DNA of 64,000 nt from Torpedo marmorata (Eukaryota). The position numbers were made by a program, and so were the translations under genes. Positions 48,936 through 60,755 of the stretch are shown piece after piece. Under the pieces are notes generated by a model. The model searched no databases. It worked only from the letters and a program-made list of their open reading frames with translations, and was not told the DNA's origin. Within the stretch, counting starts at the first letter, position 1, and each line of letters starts with the position of its first letter. The stretch covers positions 8,370,001 to 8,434,000 of the forward strand of contig OZ360237.1 of the NCBI GenBank assembly GCA_977017645.1, in the 5' to 3' direction.

Positions 48936-49617
48936 GCCATACAGGCCAGCAAGAAGCTAAATTCAATTCCCTCTGTGCCATTGTGCCCAGCATAAGTTAG
49001 AACATTTAAGAGAGGAATCAATAAACTGACAGAGCTAAAAGTGGCCGGGGAGCTCACCCAGCCCAATACTTGAATAGGCTGAATATTGAAAGTAACTTAT
49101 CACTATTCACTTTGGTGAAAGGTAGCACCTCTTTGCTAAACGCTAAATTCATATATGGACCAAAGCAAGTATTTGAGCTATTTAAGGTGGGATTTAATTC
49201 CAGCCTTTTGATTTTCCTTTGCTGGCAGGTATTAGTTTAAATAACGTTAATATTTTAAAAATATCTTGCAATGATAACAAGATGGGAGAGACACTATCAG
49301 TATCTCTAAATGAGAAAGTTTGCAGATACTGGGTTTATAAGCAGAATTGCTGAAGCTTAACAGTATTGTACTTACATTATGTGGCATAATCCTTCCCACA
49401 AATATCCATACTCTGAGGGGCCATTTAGCAGTTACTGTGCAGCTGTTACACAATGTTTTAATTAACTCTTGCCCCTTTCCCATATTATTGTGCTTGAAAT
49501 GATCTACATGTTACTTATTGCATTCACATCTGAATGACGTTGAGCTGCCTTCACTAACAGCCTTGCAAATACATTGGGGAAATATTATTAATGGCACACT
49601 CTATAACCAAGACCAGG

Positions 49618-49624
49618 AGTAATA

Positions 49625-49655
<31 letters not shown>

Positions 49656-49660
49656 TGATA
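49618..49660 (+). repeat. (AAT)n microsatellite
   Basis: Seen directly. Confidence 0.9.
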
Positions 49661-51199
49661 AAAGAATAATTTAAACACGTGTTCCTACATCCTGAGAGTG
49701 TTTAACAATTATTTTTCCCCTCTCTTAAATAAGTAATATTTTAATGTTTGCATAGAGCCAGCTGCACCCATTTCTTGGTCAGATGTGATAGCACAATGGT
49801 GTTACAAGCTGTATTGTTTCAGTACAGGGTTAGAATGAGACATTAACTGGGGTAGAAATGTACAGCTCTTGTAGCCACTGAAAATTGCTGTTTTGAGAAC
49901 TGTAATATAGATAGGTCAAATGACTACTTACTTTATATGCAAACACTTTGAACAACGATGTCACTGTGCAAATTCTATATATAAAAAAGAAAAACAGGCT
50001 TGCATTTATATTACACAGTCAACTTTCTGAAGTGGCTGGAAATTATTGTGATCACTTTTCACTCTGGAGGCATAATCTTCAGATTCATAGCACTGGAATA
50101 GCATTACCAACTGAATTTCTAGGCCATTGTTTTTGTTTTACCTTTTTAGTCCAGGTAAACATTCAATTAGCCCAGTGAAGATTAGTGCTGGACCACTTTA
50201 AATAGGCACTTCACTCCAGTTAGTCTCATAGATTAAACAAATTCCTTTTGATGGGAATCTTTGAAACATATGGAAAATGTTTTAATAAGCAAAGAATATT
50301 GCTACTAAATTAGGATATAAATAATAGCCTGATTTATGCCCCGATTTACTGAGTGTAATATTTTTGGTTTTATGCTACATGGCAGGTTTAGTAAATTTCT
50401 TTTTTTTTTATCTTCACTTTAACAATTGCTTCATCAGTTTGTATATGTCCAATGAAGAGAATCCTGGGTTGTCTCTTTTCTTCCACCAGAGAAAGGTAGT
50501 GTTTGACAGGATAATATTAGAAGAGTAGCTTGGTCCTATATGTACAAAGTCATGGCCTATTTCTCAGGTTGGAGTGGACAATTAATAGATTGCCCTGTGT
50601 CTGAATATATTGCATTCTGCTGGATGGTATTTTAATCTTCTGTTATTTGAATGTTTAAAACTATTGGTCATGAAATTATACATGGCACAGAACTGTGGAA
50701 ATGATTAACTTGATTGTATGAAATTCCCTCTGTGCGTCTTAGTGCTAACATATTTAAAATAAATTAATTGATGTCTCTCCTAAAATAGGGGAAAGAATTG
50801 TGCGCAAATGGATAATATACTTTCCTAAGGGGAATTTCAAGGTTGTGGGTGGGTTATTTGAGTTTTTAAATTTAGTTAGAAACAGTATGTTCATAGATTT
50901 TGGAAGTTATTAGGGAAGTTTGGTTGATGAGTTGACTACATACAGTTTTTAAGTGTTAGTGGGAAAGTAGTGTCCTTTTGCTTGTGGCATATTGTGTTGA
51001 TATGTCTGTTACTTTTTTTTTACCATTTGCAGCAGCATTCTCTTTCACAACAGTTTGGAGTTCAGTCAAGCCCCTACAAACAAAATACACTCAACTGGAT
51101 CAATCTAAGGTTAGATTGCATATCATTCAGAAGTGCCTAAAATTAGGGTTCATTGCTTTTTTTTGCTAAGTTAAACACTGAAATTGACGCAGACTAAAG

Positions 51200-51224
51200 G
51201 AGAGAGAGAGAGAGAGAGAGAGAG
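51200..51224 (+). repeat. (GA)n microsatellite
   Basis: Seen directly. Confidence 0.9.
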
Positions 51225-52194
51225 TATGTTTCAGGGAGAAACATTTGGTAGTTTTACTGTTAAGAGTTAATTTGAAATCAAATGTAGTCTCAATAATTTG
51301 CACCTTCAGATCATAATGGTGAGACAAAATTTGAGAGGGTGGTGAGATTACAAGGAATTATTTCTATTTCAAAATTTCAAGTTTTGGAGCCTGTTTTGCA
51401 CTTTAGAAATTTCTGTGCATGAAATTTGGGAGCTGAACTGTCCAGTCCAAAACTCAGTTGGGAGCACGTTCATCATACACTGGGGACCGACTGCTTAGAT
51501 AATTTTGAGTTGTTTGTAATTCAGTGATCTGCAGTTTGTTATTCTGAAACTTTGAATTTTCATTGATGTTTTCAATTACAGACAGAACGGGATATATATT
51601 CCAGTAATCAACAAGGCGCCACATTGTCATTGTGGTGAACAGTTACAAGTGAAAGCAATTACATGTACAGTAGAATCCTCTTATGCGCAATAGGTCAGGA
51701 TTAACAAAAAGGAAAAAGTTGCATAAAACCAGACTGGAATATTATGGGTCTGTCTAGATAAGTGCTGACTGTGTGACGAACAACACTGTGATTTGATACC
51801 ATTTATATCAGTTAGATTACTGCCAGAAATTTTCCTTAGTTAAATCTTTGTGTCTATGTATATACGTGACCCAGCTGTATATGTGTGTGGATGTGTCAGT
51901 CTGTACTTTGGAAGGTTGAACAGCAAATGGCTTGCAATGGTTTTTGGTATCAATATGTTATTTCCAATGTGTGGCTTCAAGAGTTTTCCAGCAGCCTCAT
52001 TTAAAAAAAATTCTGCTCTTACATTTGCACTCAAAAAATTTTCAAGGTCTGGCTTTAGCTTGCAATATCAGAGTTTTAAATTCTTATCTTAAATACTGAT
52101 CCAAGTTGTAATAAGCTCTGATTAATAGTGATAGATGTTGCATACTTTTCAAAAGTGATAGCATCATGGTGAGAATGTTGCCTTAATTTAAAAA

Positions 52195-53720
52195 AAAGTA
52201 AAATAGAAAAATTAAAGCACTCCTAAAAGTTCAAAATGTACTGCATTGAAATTTGTCCATCTTTGAGCAACAATGAAAGTGTATGCGGGATTTAATTAAC
52301 ATTGAATCAAAATGAATAGCACTGAAATTTTATGACAACTTGGAGTTTCCATTTCTGGGCATTAGGTTAGCTGAAAGAATTTCAGAAATGAAAAATAAAT
52401 TCTGTCAAAAGAATTTAAAGATTTTCCTTATTGGTGAGATAAAGAACACAAACAATGAGTCTGAATCTTAAACAGACCTCTTGACACAGAAAATCCATCT
52501 TTTAAAGTGATTTTAAGAGCCATGATGTTGTGCCTTCTTGTTCAGAGAGCCAATTTGCAAATCCCTCTTTAAAAGGTGCAAGAAAATTGTAAAAGCAGGA
52601 ACATTTTCAATTTCTTTATTGAATATGTGAAATTTTAAATATTAATTCCTTAAAATGTGACATAAAGGGACATGAACAACTTCAGAGTGGACCTCCTTAG
52701 TCCCCGTAACCTCCATAGCTGCACAGTCTCCTGTCCAGTCCAGCGATATATTCGAGCTTGAGGCATCCAAGTCACCTTCATCTGTCCCTCGTTCTGAACC
52801 CTGAAGCGACTAGAATGGTGTCAGTGCCCGAGGCCTTTCGGGAGCTCTGCTCACCATTGGAACTCTCACGATTTCCAGTCCTGATATCTAGTTCCAGAAG
52901 CTGGACGGCAGCAGCCTGGGGCCTCCCACAAAGAGTGAATCCTTTGATTGCTGGTCCACTGCTGTAGTCTTCCAACCTTGAAGGGTCCTCTCCCAGGCCT
53001 CTCCTTCTCCGAGGGATTCTGTTCTCCTGCCCTGGTGCCCTGCGCCTGTCCGCTGCTCCCCCAGAGCCTGTAACCCTTGAAGTCTCTGCTGCCAAGTATA
53101 GGTGCCCTGAAATATTTATATTAATTTTTTAATTTCATTTATTTTGATGTACAGCAAAGTAACAGGTCCTTCCGGCCCACGAGCCCGTACCGCTCAAATA
53201 CATCAATTAACCCTCAAACCCTGTACATTTTTGAAGGGTGGGAGGAAATTTATGTCACATTTTAAGGAATTAATATTTAAAATTTCACATATTCAATAAA
53301 GAAATTGAAAATGTTCCTGCTTTTACAATTTTCTTGCACCTTTTAAAGAGGGATTTGCAAATTGGCTCTCTGAACAAGAAGGCACAACATCATGGCTCTT
53401 AAAATCACTTTAAAAGATGGATTTTCTGTGTCAAGAGGTCTGTTTAAGATTCAGACTCATTGTTTGTGTTCTTTATCTCACCAATAAGGAAAATCTTTAA
53501 ATTCTTTTGACAGAATTTATTTTTCATTTCTGAAATTCTTTCAGCTAACCTAATGCCCAGAAATGGAAACTCCAAGTTGTCATAAAATTTCAGTGCTATT
53601 TATTTTGATTCAATGTTAATTAAATCCCGCATACACTTTCATTGTTGCTCAAAGATGGACAAATTTCAATGCAGTACATTTTGAACTTTTAGGAGTGCTT
53701 TAATTTTTCTATTTTACTTT
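52195..53720. repeat. 472-bp near-perfect inverted repeat (arms 52195-52666 and 53249-53720, 582-bp spacer)
   Basis: Arm 2 is the reverse complement of arm 1 end to end (AAAGTAAAATAG...GTGACATAAA). I found one mismatch by eye, AATGAATAG versus AATAAATAG. Confidence 0.96.
52690..53105. repeat. Unclassified GC-rich repeat-like fragment
   Basis: Abrupt GC/CpG rise relative to the flanks. ORFs 52758-52967 and 52778-53095 are not recognisable; possibly a retroelement UTR. Confidence 0.35.
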
Positions 53721-53822
53721 GCAAACCCAGGCAGACACGAGGAGCACGTATAAACTCCTTACAGACAGCACTGGATTAGAACCCGGGTCGATAGTTCTGT
53801 AATAGCTTTTTGCTAAACACTA
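53120..53822 (-). mobile_element. V-SINE interrupted by the 472-bp duplicated segment
   Basis: ...GGGTGGGAGGAAA (53248) | insert | GCAAACCCAGGCAGACACG...GGATTAGAACCCGGG. Collinear with the SINE at 13004-13239 except that about 14 bp (CTAGAGCACCCGGA in that copy) is missing at the junction. Confidence 0.88.
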
Positions 53823-54054
53823 CTCTTCTTGAAAATGCAACTTATTTCTAATCATTGCGTTTCAGAAATGCTAATAAAATAATATTCTTGTTTGCCATGA
53901 AGGTACTCTATTAATATCCAGGCCCATGAAACTTACCTTGGACACTAGTGAGCAGAAGTGAGGAGAAGCTTTATGATCTTACAAAAAGTACATTAAAAGG
54001 TGCACTTTCATTATAACAATATTCACAAAGCTAATATTCATATTTTGTTGACAA

Positions 54055-54205
54055 AGGTAAGTGGAGTAGAGCTGCTACCTCACAACTCCAGTGACGTGTG
54101 TTCAGTGCTGTCTGTATGGAGTTTCCATTTGGTGGTTTCCCCAGACTACTCCAGTTTTCTTACACATGCAAAAGCCATGTGGGTTGGTAGGTTAATTCGT
54201 TGCTG
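54055..54205 (+). mobile_element. Older decayed V-SINE
   Basis: GTAGAGCTGCTACCTCACAACTCCAGTGAC...GCTGTCTGTATGGAGTTT...GGTTTCCCCAGACTACTCCAGTTTTCTTACACA. Confidence 0.65.
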
Positions 54206-57200
54206 CATATTGCTTGGACAGAAATAGACGTTCAAGTGATAATGCCTTTTGTTGAGACTGTTGTTTGTTATTAACACATGCAAAGATCTTGAAAGGGAAT
54301 TAATGCAGCCCAATTTATCTCCTCACCCCTGCTTGCCTTAGGGGGCGAACACATGATAGGATGCAATACCTCACCGCTCTACATGTGTGCATTTCTATCA
54401 TGAGTATTAGTGGACTTGCTGGCAGTGCATGGCACCAGTGTCGGCTTGATCCCACCCTTTTCTAAAGTCATATGTACAAATTTCTATTGCAGCGAGGAGC
54501 TTGCCTCCCCTTTTTCCTTCTTAACCTTGCTGTTCTCAGGCCAATAGTGACACTCTTACTGTCATCCTAAGTAATTCATTACAGAACTGAGATCAAAGCT
54601 AGCCACTTTCTGTACTTTACAACTCAATAGTGTACAAGCCCCTGCATTACCAACTGATCTACATCGATTTTATTAAGGTTGCGTTGATTACTGGACATGG
54701 TGCGGAATTGGAATTTTGAATGCTATTTCACCACAGAGGTTGACATTTAAAAGCTTGCTGCAGAAAAATTCTCTGTCTCATCATGAAATAATTCTCCACA
54801 CCCGTGGAATACATTAGAGTCATGTGTAGAGGCTGCTGTTGTGAAGCCACTTTATTAGTTAAAACAAAATACAGATGGTGCAAAAATTCTGTCTACTCGC
54901 ACATGCAGCAATGAATGGTTAAAGGGAGGATTGAATCTCAGGCTGATTTGGCTCTAATAAACAAATATCCTCTTGATTTATTTTATAATTTATACTGATG
55001 GTATTTAGATCTGGACATGTAAAGTATAAAAATAAAATGTGAAAATACAGTTATCTAGACTATAAGCTTGAGTAAGTGTTATTCATTTGTTTTATTAATA
55101 TGTTTTCCTGGGTATCTGGTGAGTAGATTTAGGAACACAAAGACAGATATTTCCATGTTTTGGAAATTATGCTTATTATTGTCCATTTTAGTATTGCACC
55201 TTCTCATGAGTCAGTCCCTCAAGGAGAGCAGGAGTAAGGAGATTAAATGGTGCTGTATATAGGGGTAATTGTCAGAGAGCAGAACAGAGAGCAGCGGATT
55301 GAGTGGCAGTGAAAATAACAAAGTAAAATATGAGCACCTGAGAAGTGATTGCCAGACCAAAACAAAGAGTAAAGCATTCCCATGTTAGTGATGGAGAGCA
55401 AAAATGATGTTGAGGGTCAAAAAAACAAATAACAATAGAAACAAAGACAAGAGGGAATGAATTATAGACAAGTTGTAGGATGCACAGTGAATGACAGAAT
55501 GATTAACCTCAAGTGAATCACAGGATTATAATTCACTTGAGGATTCTCAATGAAATTATTGCAAAACCATTCCCTTAACTCACCCTGAGGTAGTTTGAGA
55601 GTCAGATCTTTTTTGATATGGTTATAAGGTCTGGCAACTTAGAGAAAAATATGAAATATGTTCTGACCAAATGTAGTCTCAGACCCTAATAAGTGTTACC
55701 CCTTTATTTATCAGTACTTTACTGTTATCAGTTGTAAAACAAAAACCCTGGCATCACGATACTTCTTATGTTAATCTCTTTCTACAGAGTAAAACCGAGA
55801 GGAAAAATTAAACAAAAGTTAGGTGGAATGACTCTCAAACAGTAAAAATTTTGAAATTTAGATAATGAATTTTACAGATCAGAATTATGTATCTGAGAGA
55901 TTTTGTGATTCATTCAAGGGGTTCAGATAATAGGATAAATAGCACAAGGTTCCCAATCATACTTTTTCCACCTAGCACCTTGATTGTGCTGACAGCTGTG
56001 TAACAAACTCCCAGCCATCTGTTATTCTCTATGGCCTGGAAATGACACAGTGTGATATTAGCATGTGTTTGCACGAAGTGACTTTGTCTGCTATTTTGTT
56101 GAAGCCAATAATCTGGTTATCTTGAATTACTTAATATCTCTATAAGTATAATGGACAGTATCATTTTATTTAAATGCACTAAGCACTTGTCAGTTATTAT
56201 CACAGTGTAATAATTAACTTATGTTATAGAGTGGGAAAGAGGTGTGTGAGAGAATGTACAAGAGGAAGGTCTATTGATGCTTCAGTTAGTGCTGAGAGCT
56301 GGACTCTGATATAGGAACATGAGTGAGGCTGGATACTTCTGGAGCACTTGTTTGAAAAGGATGTTGGGTAGCAGCTGGTAGGATGGAGTAATCAGCACAA
56401 AAGTAATGAGAAGGGGTGTACTGTGTGCACTGAGTGAGAACATTGCAAGGTATGTGTAGTGAATGACTCGGGGTAACCCATTGAAAACAATGGAAGGGTG
56501 TCTTTTGGGAAGTAAGTTTCATGAAGTCTAAACTGGGATGGTAGGAGTGTCCTCTGAGAAGATCTGATTTAAATAATGATAATGGAGAGTGACCATCAAC
56601 CTGTTAGAGGAATGAGCACAGGAGCATAGGTTAGTCCACAGTATTGCAATGAATGGCAGCTAATATGTTGTTAAAATAATAATCAGTTTCATTCATTCTA
56701 TATCTCAGTTTGAATTTTCTGATAATGTTTCACATGGATAGAAATATCCAGTTAGGCACCATCCACGACACTCTCCCATGGCACACTGCAAATGATCCTT
56801 TCCAAGGATAATGACAACACATACTCGTGATTTGAGAAGTATGGATTTTATTTCCTTAGAAGGATAATAGTTGATTATGCACATGAGAGGAGCTGACTGT
56901 CTCGGCACTACACACAGAGTAGTGCTATCATCAGTAAGGTTAAAGATTTCTGCACTTTGATGACACTGATGTGGAAAAAAAAATGAACCATTTGCACTAA
57001 TCACAGTGCTGGCTGCTGGAGCAGTGACAGCACGGCTGCCCTGCCAGCCCTTGCTCTTGTCAGCTCCAGAGAGGAGTAGAGAAGCAGTTTGTTCTTGACA
57101 GCAGACAGCCCCTCTGCTGGGCCCTGGTTTCATGTTACATTAAGTATTAGTGCTGTTCTTTCAGGAGCCATTATGCTTCGACAACAAAGATCGACTTGCA

Positions 57201-58581
57201 GGGCAGTCCTATGTTAGTCCCAATTTATGAAAGAAGTTATCAGGCATGGAATGAAATATACATGATTAGCCAAAGCCTGCAAATGAGTCCGAAATATGAT
57301 TTGTCTTTTTTTGGAAGGGAGCGGATCATTTTCATTTATTTATATATGTTAGAGATATCCTCAGGAATACTAAAGATATAAATTGAGGAATTGAGGATTG
57401 TGGTGCTCTGTTTCATAAGCAGGTGGTTATATCCTTAGAATGGTGTAACTTAAAGGTCCATTTATATAACCAAAGGATTGTCAATGACAGGTCCACCTAC
57501 GCGTGCTGAAAACACAACGTCATGGTGTGAACAGTGATTCCATCTTTTTACCACAATATTGGAGTACTGGTGACTTGCAGTTGTAGGTTGAACTGATCAT
57601 ATAGACCAACACAAATACATGCTTTTCCTGTACAGACTGGTATATTGATGGACTTTCTGGAACTATTGAGGAGGACACTGCAACGTTATGGTCCAAAACA
57701 AGCTGCACATTAGAATATTTCCAAAATAAATTTAGAAGCTACAGAATTCACACGACAATGCAAATAAACCAGGTACTGGAGTGAGAATGCCAAAAATATG
57801 GGCCACATTTAGGGCAAGGTTTGTTGTGGACATTGTTTGTTGTGGGCAGTGGTTGCCCAAGTGGTTCTTGTAAGTTCATGTCGGAGAATCATTGCAAGGC
57901 AAATTTCAAATTATTTCTGAGGTCAGTGGTGACCTCATAGTGTTTACTACTGCATGCAAATACATGGGCCTTTGTATCAATGGAGAGACCCTGGGATATA
58001 TGCTGAACTAAGAGTAGTTCAGCCTGGCATTTTATCAGTGTATATTGTATCCCACGTCCTAAGAACTCTACAAATAAAAATATACCCTTTATTGATAGTG
58101 TAAGGGCAGCCAATTTCCTATTCAAATACAGAACATCCAAATCTAATACATATCGATTGGCAATCAACTCCTACAGAAATAGAATTTCACAATCATTCCT
58201 TGGAGCCTCTCTCTGCTTGGCTTATGGCTGTTGGACTCTCCACTTTCTCAGTCATTTCAGTTTGTCTTTGCTGAATTTAGCAAGTTGCTGTAAATTATTT
58301 GGCCTTTGGTATCTGGGTATTGGGAGTGGATTCCAAGGAGTTCTACAGGTCTCTCTGGGTGAATTAGTCAGAGTGCAATTCCCCTGCATATTTTGTCGAG
58401 TATGTTTTTACAGGTCCATAAGTTGATTTTGTCCATAAGTTTTAAAATATACACTTGATAGAGAAATGACAAGTCCACAGTATTGCAATGAATGGCATCA
58501 AAGCACTCAAGACTGATAAGAAGAAATAATTACTTAAAGTGGAAAGAGAGAGAAAACTAGTTCTGCCATTCATTGGGATTA

Positions 58582-60449
58582 CCGTATATTTCGGCGTATA
58601 AGTCGACCCTTGAAACCCTCAAAAATGTCTCATAAAACGGGGGTCGACTTATACGCCGGATATACTTTTGAGACCTTAAAATCAGCTCAAAAACCAGTCC
58701 ACGCCAATTCGGCGTATAAGTCGACCCTTGAAAACACGATTCGGCATATAAGTCAACCCTTGAAAACACGATTCGGCGTATATGTCGACCCTTGAAAAAC
58801 CAAAAAAAAACCCGACTGCAACAAATTTTCATTGACATTTTTATTGAAAACAACAAGACATTTAGAACCCTTCAAAATTACTTTCGCTATCATCGTCTGA
58901 GGCAAAGATCTCGGCAAGCACATCCGGGGTCTCACTGCTTAAACAGTCATCGTACGGGTCCCAGTATGTATCTGATGAGGCGTCTTCAGCTTCGTCGTCA
59001 GTGTCCCACAATAAATCATCTTCTGTACCATCAATTGCACAAGAGATACAGCACTTTTTAAATGATTTTATTATAGTCTCTACTTTCACTTTGTCCCATG
59101 CTTTGAGCACGAAGTCACACAGCACATCAAGCGATGCAGCACGCATTGCCCCGCCTTTTGTAAATGATTTTTCTGCACTCGACATCCATGTATTCCACTC
59201 TTCACGCACGTGGTCTTTGAATGGCTTGTTCAAGCAGACATCGAGAGGTTGCAATATAGACGTCAAACCACCCGGGATAACCACCATGTAAGTATTATGT
59301 TGTGCTAATCTACTTTTAGTTTTCTCAGTTAAGTGGCTACGAAACATATCCCAGACCAGCAAACTCCGTTCCTTGCGTAAACCGCCTGGCCGCCTGTTCC
59401 ACACATTGTCTATCCATAGTTTTACACCATTTTCATCCATCCATCCTTTTTCATGAAAATGTACAAAAATACCTGCTGGGAAATTTATTTTAGGTTTAAG
59501 TTTGCGTTTGAAGATTACCATGGGTCTTAACTTTGTCCCGTCGGCCATGCACGATAACACCACGGTAAACCTGGTCCTTTCATGTCCTGTACTCCTCGTT
59601 TGCACAGTTTTCACACCTTTCCATTCCACTGTTCTATTGCCTATCATGTCAAAATTCATGGAGGTTTTGTCCATGTTTCCAATATTTGCCAATGCAAACT
59701 TGTATTTCTGCTGGTTACGTATAATAAACTGGTGAAAACTTACAACTTTATGATCAAGATCTTTTGGTAGTTTCTGAGCAATAATAGTTTTTTGTCGTAA
59801 AACCAGATTTTTCCTGTTCATAAAACAGTTGCACCAGCCTACTGTAGCTTCAAAATCATTACTGAGTTCTGGGTGCGACTTTGCCCACTTCAGTGCAAAT
59901 GTTCTTATTTCATTTCGGGTGACTATGTAGCAATCTTGCCTCTGTTCACGTACCCATGCTGCAACATGATTTTCCAACTCTGGCCAACGAGTGATTCCTC
60001 TTCTCATCGAACATTGCCTTTTTGGTATTTTTCTTAAAGTATCTTCTTTCTTCCTCCAATCTCTTACCAACTTCTCGTATATATCAATTTTTCTTGCAGC
60101 AGCACAGTTGTTGGTTTTCTTGGCCATTTCTATAACTTTTAATTTAAAACTCGCCTCATACTTTCGTCGTTTCAATTGAGCCTCCATGATAACAATCACC
60201 TCCAGCCAACGCCCAGCAGCTCAATCAGCGCGATCGTTGTGGGTCTACCTATACGCCGGTCAACACCCAGCAGCTCAATCATCGCGATTTTTGGGGGTCG
60301 ACTTATACGCTGGTCAATGCGCAACATCTCAGGCATCGCAATTTTTGGGGATCGACTTATACGCCGGATATACCATAAAACCATTAAAATGAGGCTGAAA
60401 AAGGGGGGTCGACTTATCTGCCGGTTGACTTATACGCCAAAATGTACGG
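58582..60449 (-). mobile_element. Full-length pogo-superfamily DNA transposon (Passer/POGK-like), 1868 bp
   Basis: TIRs CCGTATATTTCGGCGTATAAGTC and GACTTATACGCCAAAATGTACGG, TA duplicated at 58580-58581 and 60450-60451, multiple subterminal GTCGACTTATACGCC motifs, and an internal transposase ORF. Confidence 0.95.
58862..60199 (-). CDS. pogo DD35D transposase (Brinker-like DBD + CENP-B-type HTH + DDE_1)
   Basis: RRKYEASFKLKVIE...NCAAAR...LVRDWRK; WPELE...FEATVGWCNCFMNR; catalytic triad NMD / LLVWD / QPLD with 35 residues between D2 and D3 (counted); acidic C-terminal tail. Native ATG is probably MEAQLK at 60187. Confidence 0.92.
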   Translation of the reverse strand: MIVIMEAQLKRRKYEASFKLKVIEMAKKTNNCAAARKIDIYEKLVRDWRKKEDTLRKIPKRQCSMRRGITRWPELENHVAAWVREQRQDCYIVTRNEIRTFALKWAKSHPELSNDFEATVGWCNCFMNRKNLVLRQKTIIAQKLPKDLDHKVVSFHQFIIRNQQKYKFALANIGNMDKTSMNFDMIGNRTVEWKGVKTVQTRSTGHERTRFTVVLSCMADGTKLRPMVIFKRKLKPKINFPAGIFVHFHEKGWMDENGVKLWIDNVWNRRPGGLRKERSLLVWDMFRSHLTEKTKSRLAQHNTYMVVIPGGLTSILQPLDVCLNKPFKDHVREEWNTWMSSAEKSFTKGGAMRAASLDVLCDFVLKAWDKVKVETIIKSFKKCCISCAIDGTEDDLLWDTDDEAEDASSDTYWDPYDDCLSSETPDVLAEIFASDDDSESNFEGF

Positions 60450-60684
60450 TAACATGGAATGTACATCGGAATTTCAAATTTCATTACATAATGGGAGCTC
60501 TTTTGTATGTCGGGGGGTCCATAAGTTGGATGGTCATATCCCAGGGATAGCCTGTGGTGAAGCAATGTTATGACATTATTACAAAAATGCTAAATATGCT
60601 TTTAGTCATATCACAACAAAGAGATTCTTGATAAGCAGGGAAATAGGTAACTTGGGAAGACAAGGATGTGGAGTTGAGGTCGTG

Positions 60685-60755
60685 ATCAGAATCAGAATCA
60701 GAATTTATTGTCATGAACAAGTCATGAAATTCGGTGTTTTGCGGCAGCATCATAG
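60685..60755 (-). mobile_element. 71-bp Rex1 3' tail inserted in an old CR1-like 3' UTR (about 60625-60820)
   Basis: ATCAGAATCAGAATCAGAATTTATTGTCATGAACAAGTCATGAAATTCGGTGTTTTGCGGCAGCATCATAG matches the ends of the three larger Rex copies. Confidence 0.9.

Noticed and set aside
52195-53720. Foldback or large-TIR transposon
   Set aside because: No TSD, and the right arm splits a SINE whose other half lies outside the repeat, which fits a duplication rather than an element with TIRs.
54300-54665. Possible ancient SINE (tRNA-like head on the minus strand)
   Set aside because: Too decayed to assign or bound without a profile search.
55585-55605. let-7-like TGAGGTAGT
   Set aside because: Seed-length match only; the rest diverges and no hairpin is seen.
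58862-60199. Calling the ORF the host gene POGK
   Set aside because: Intact TIRs and TA TSD, no KRAB exon; it is a transposon copy.
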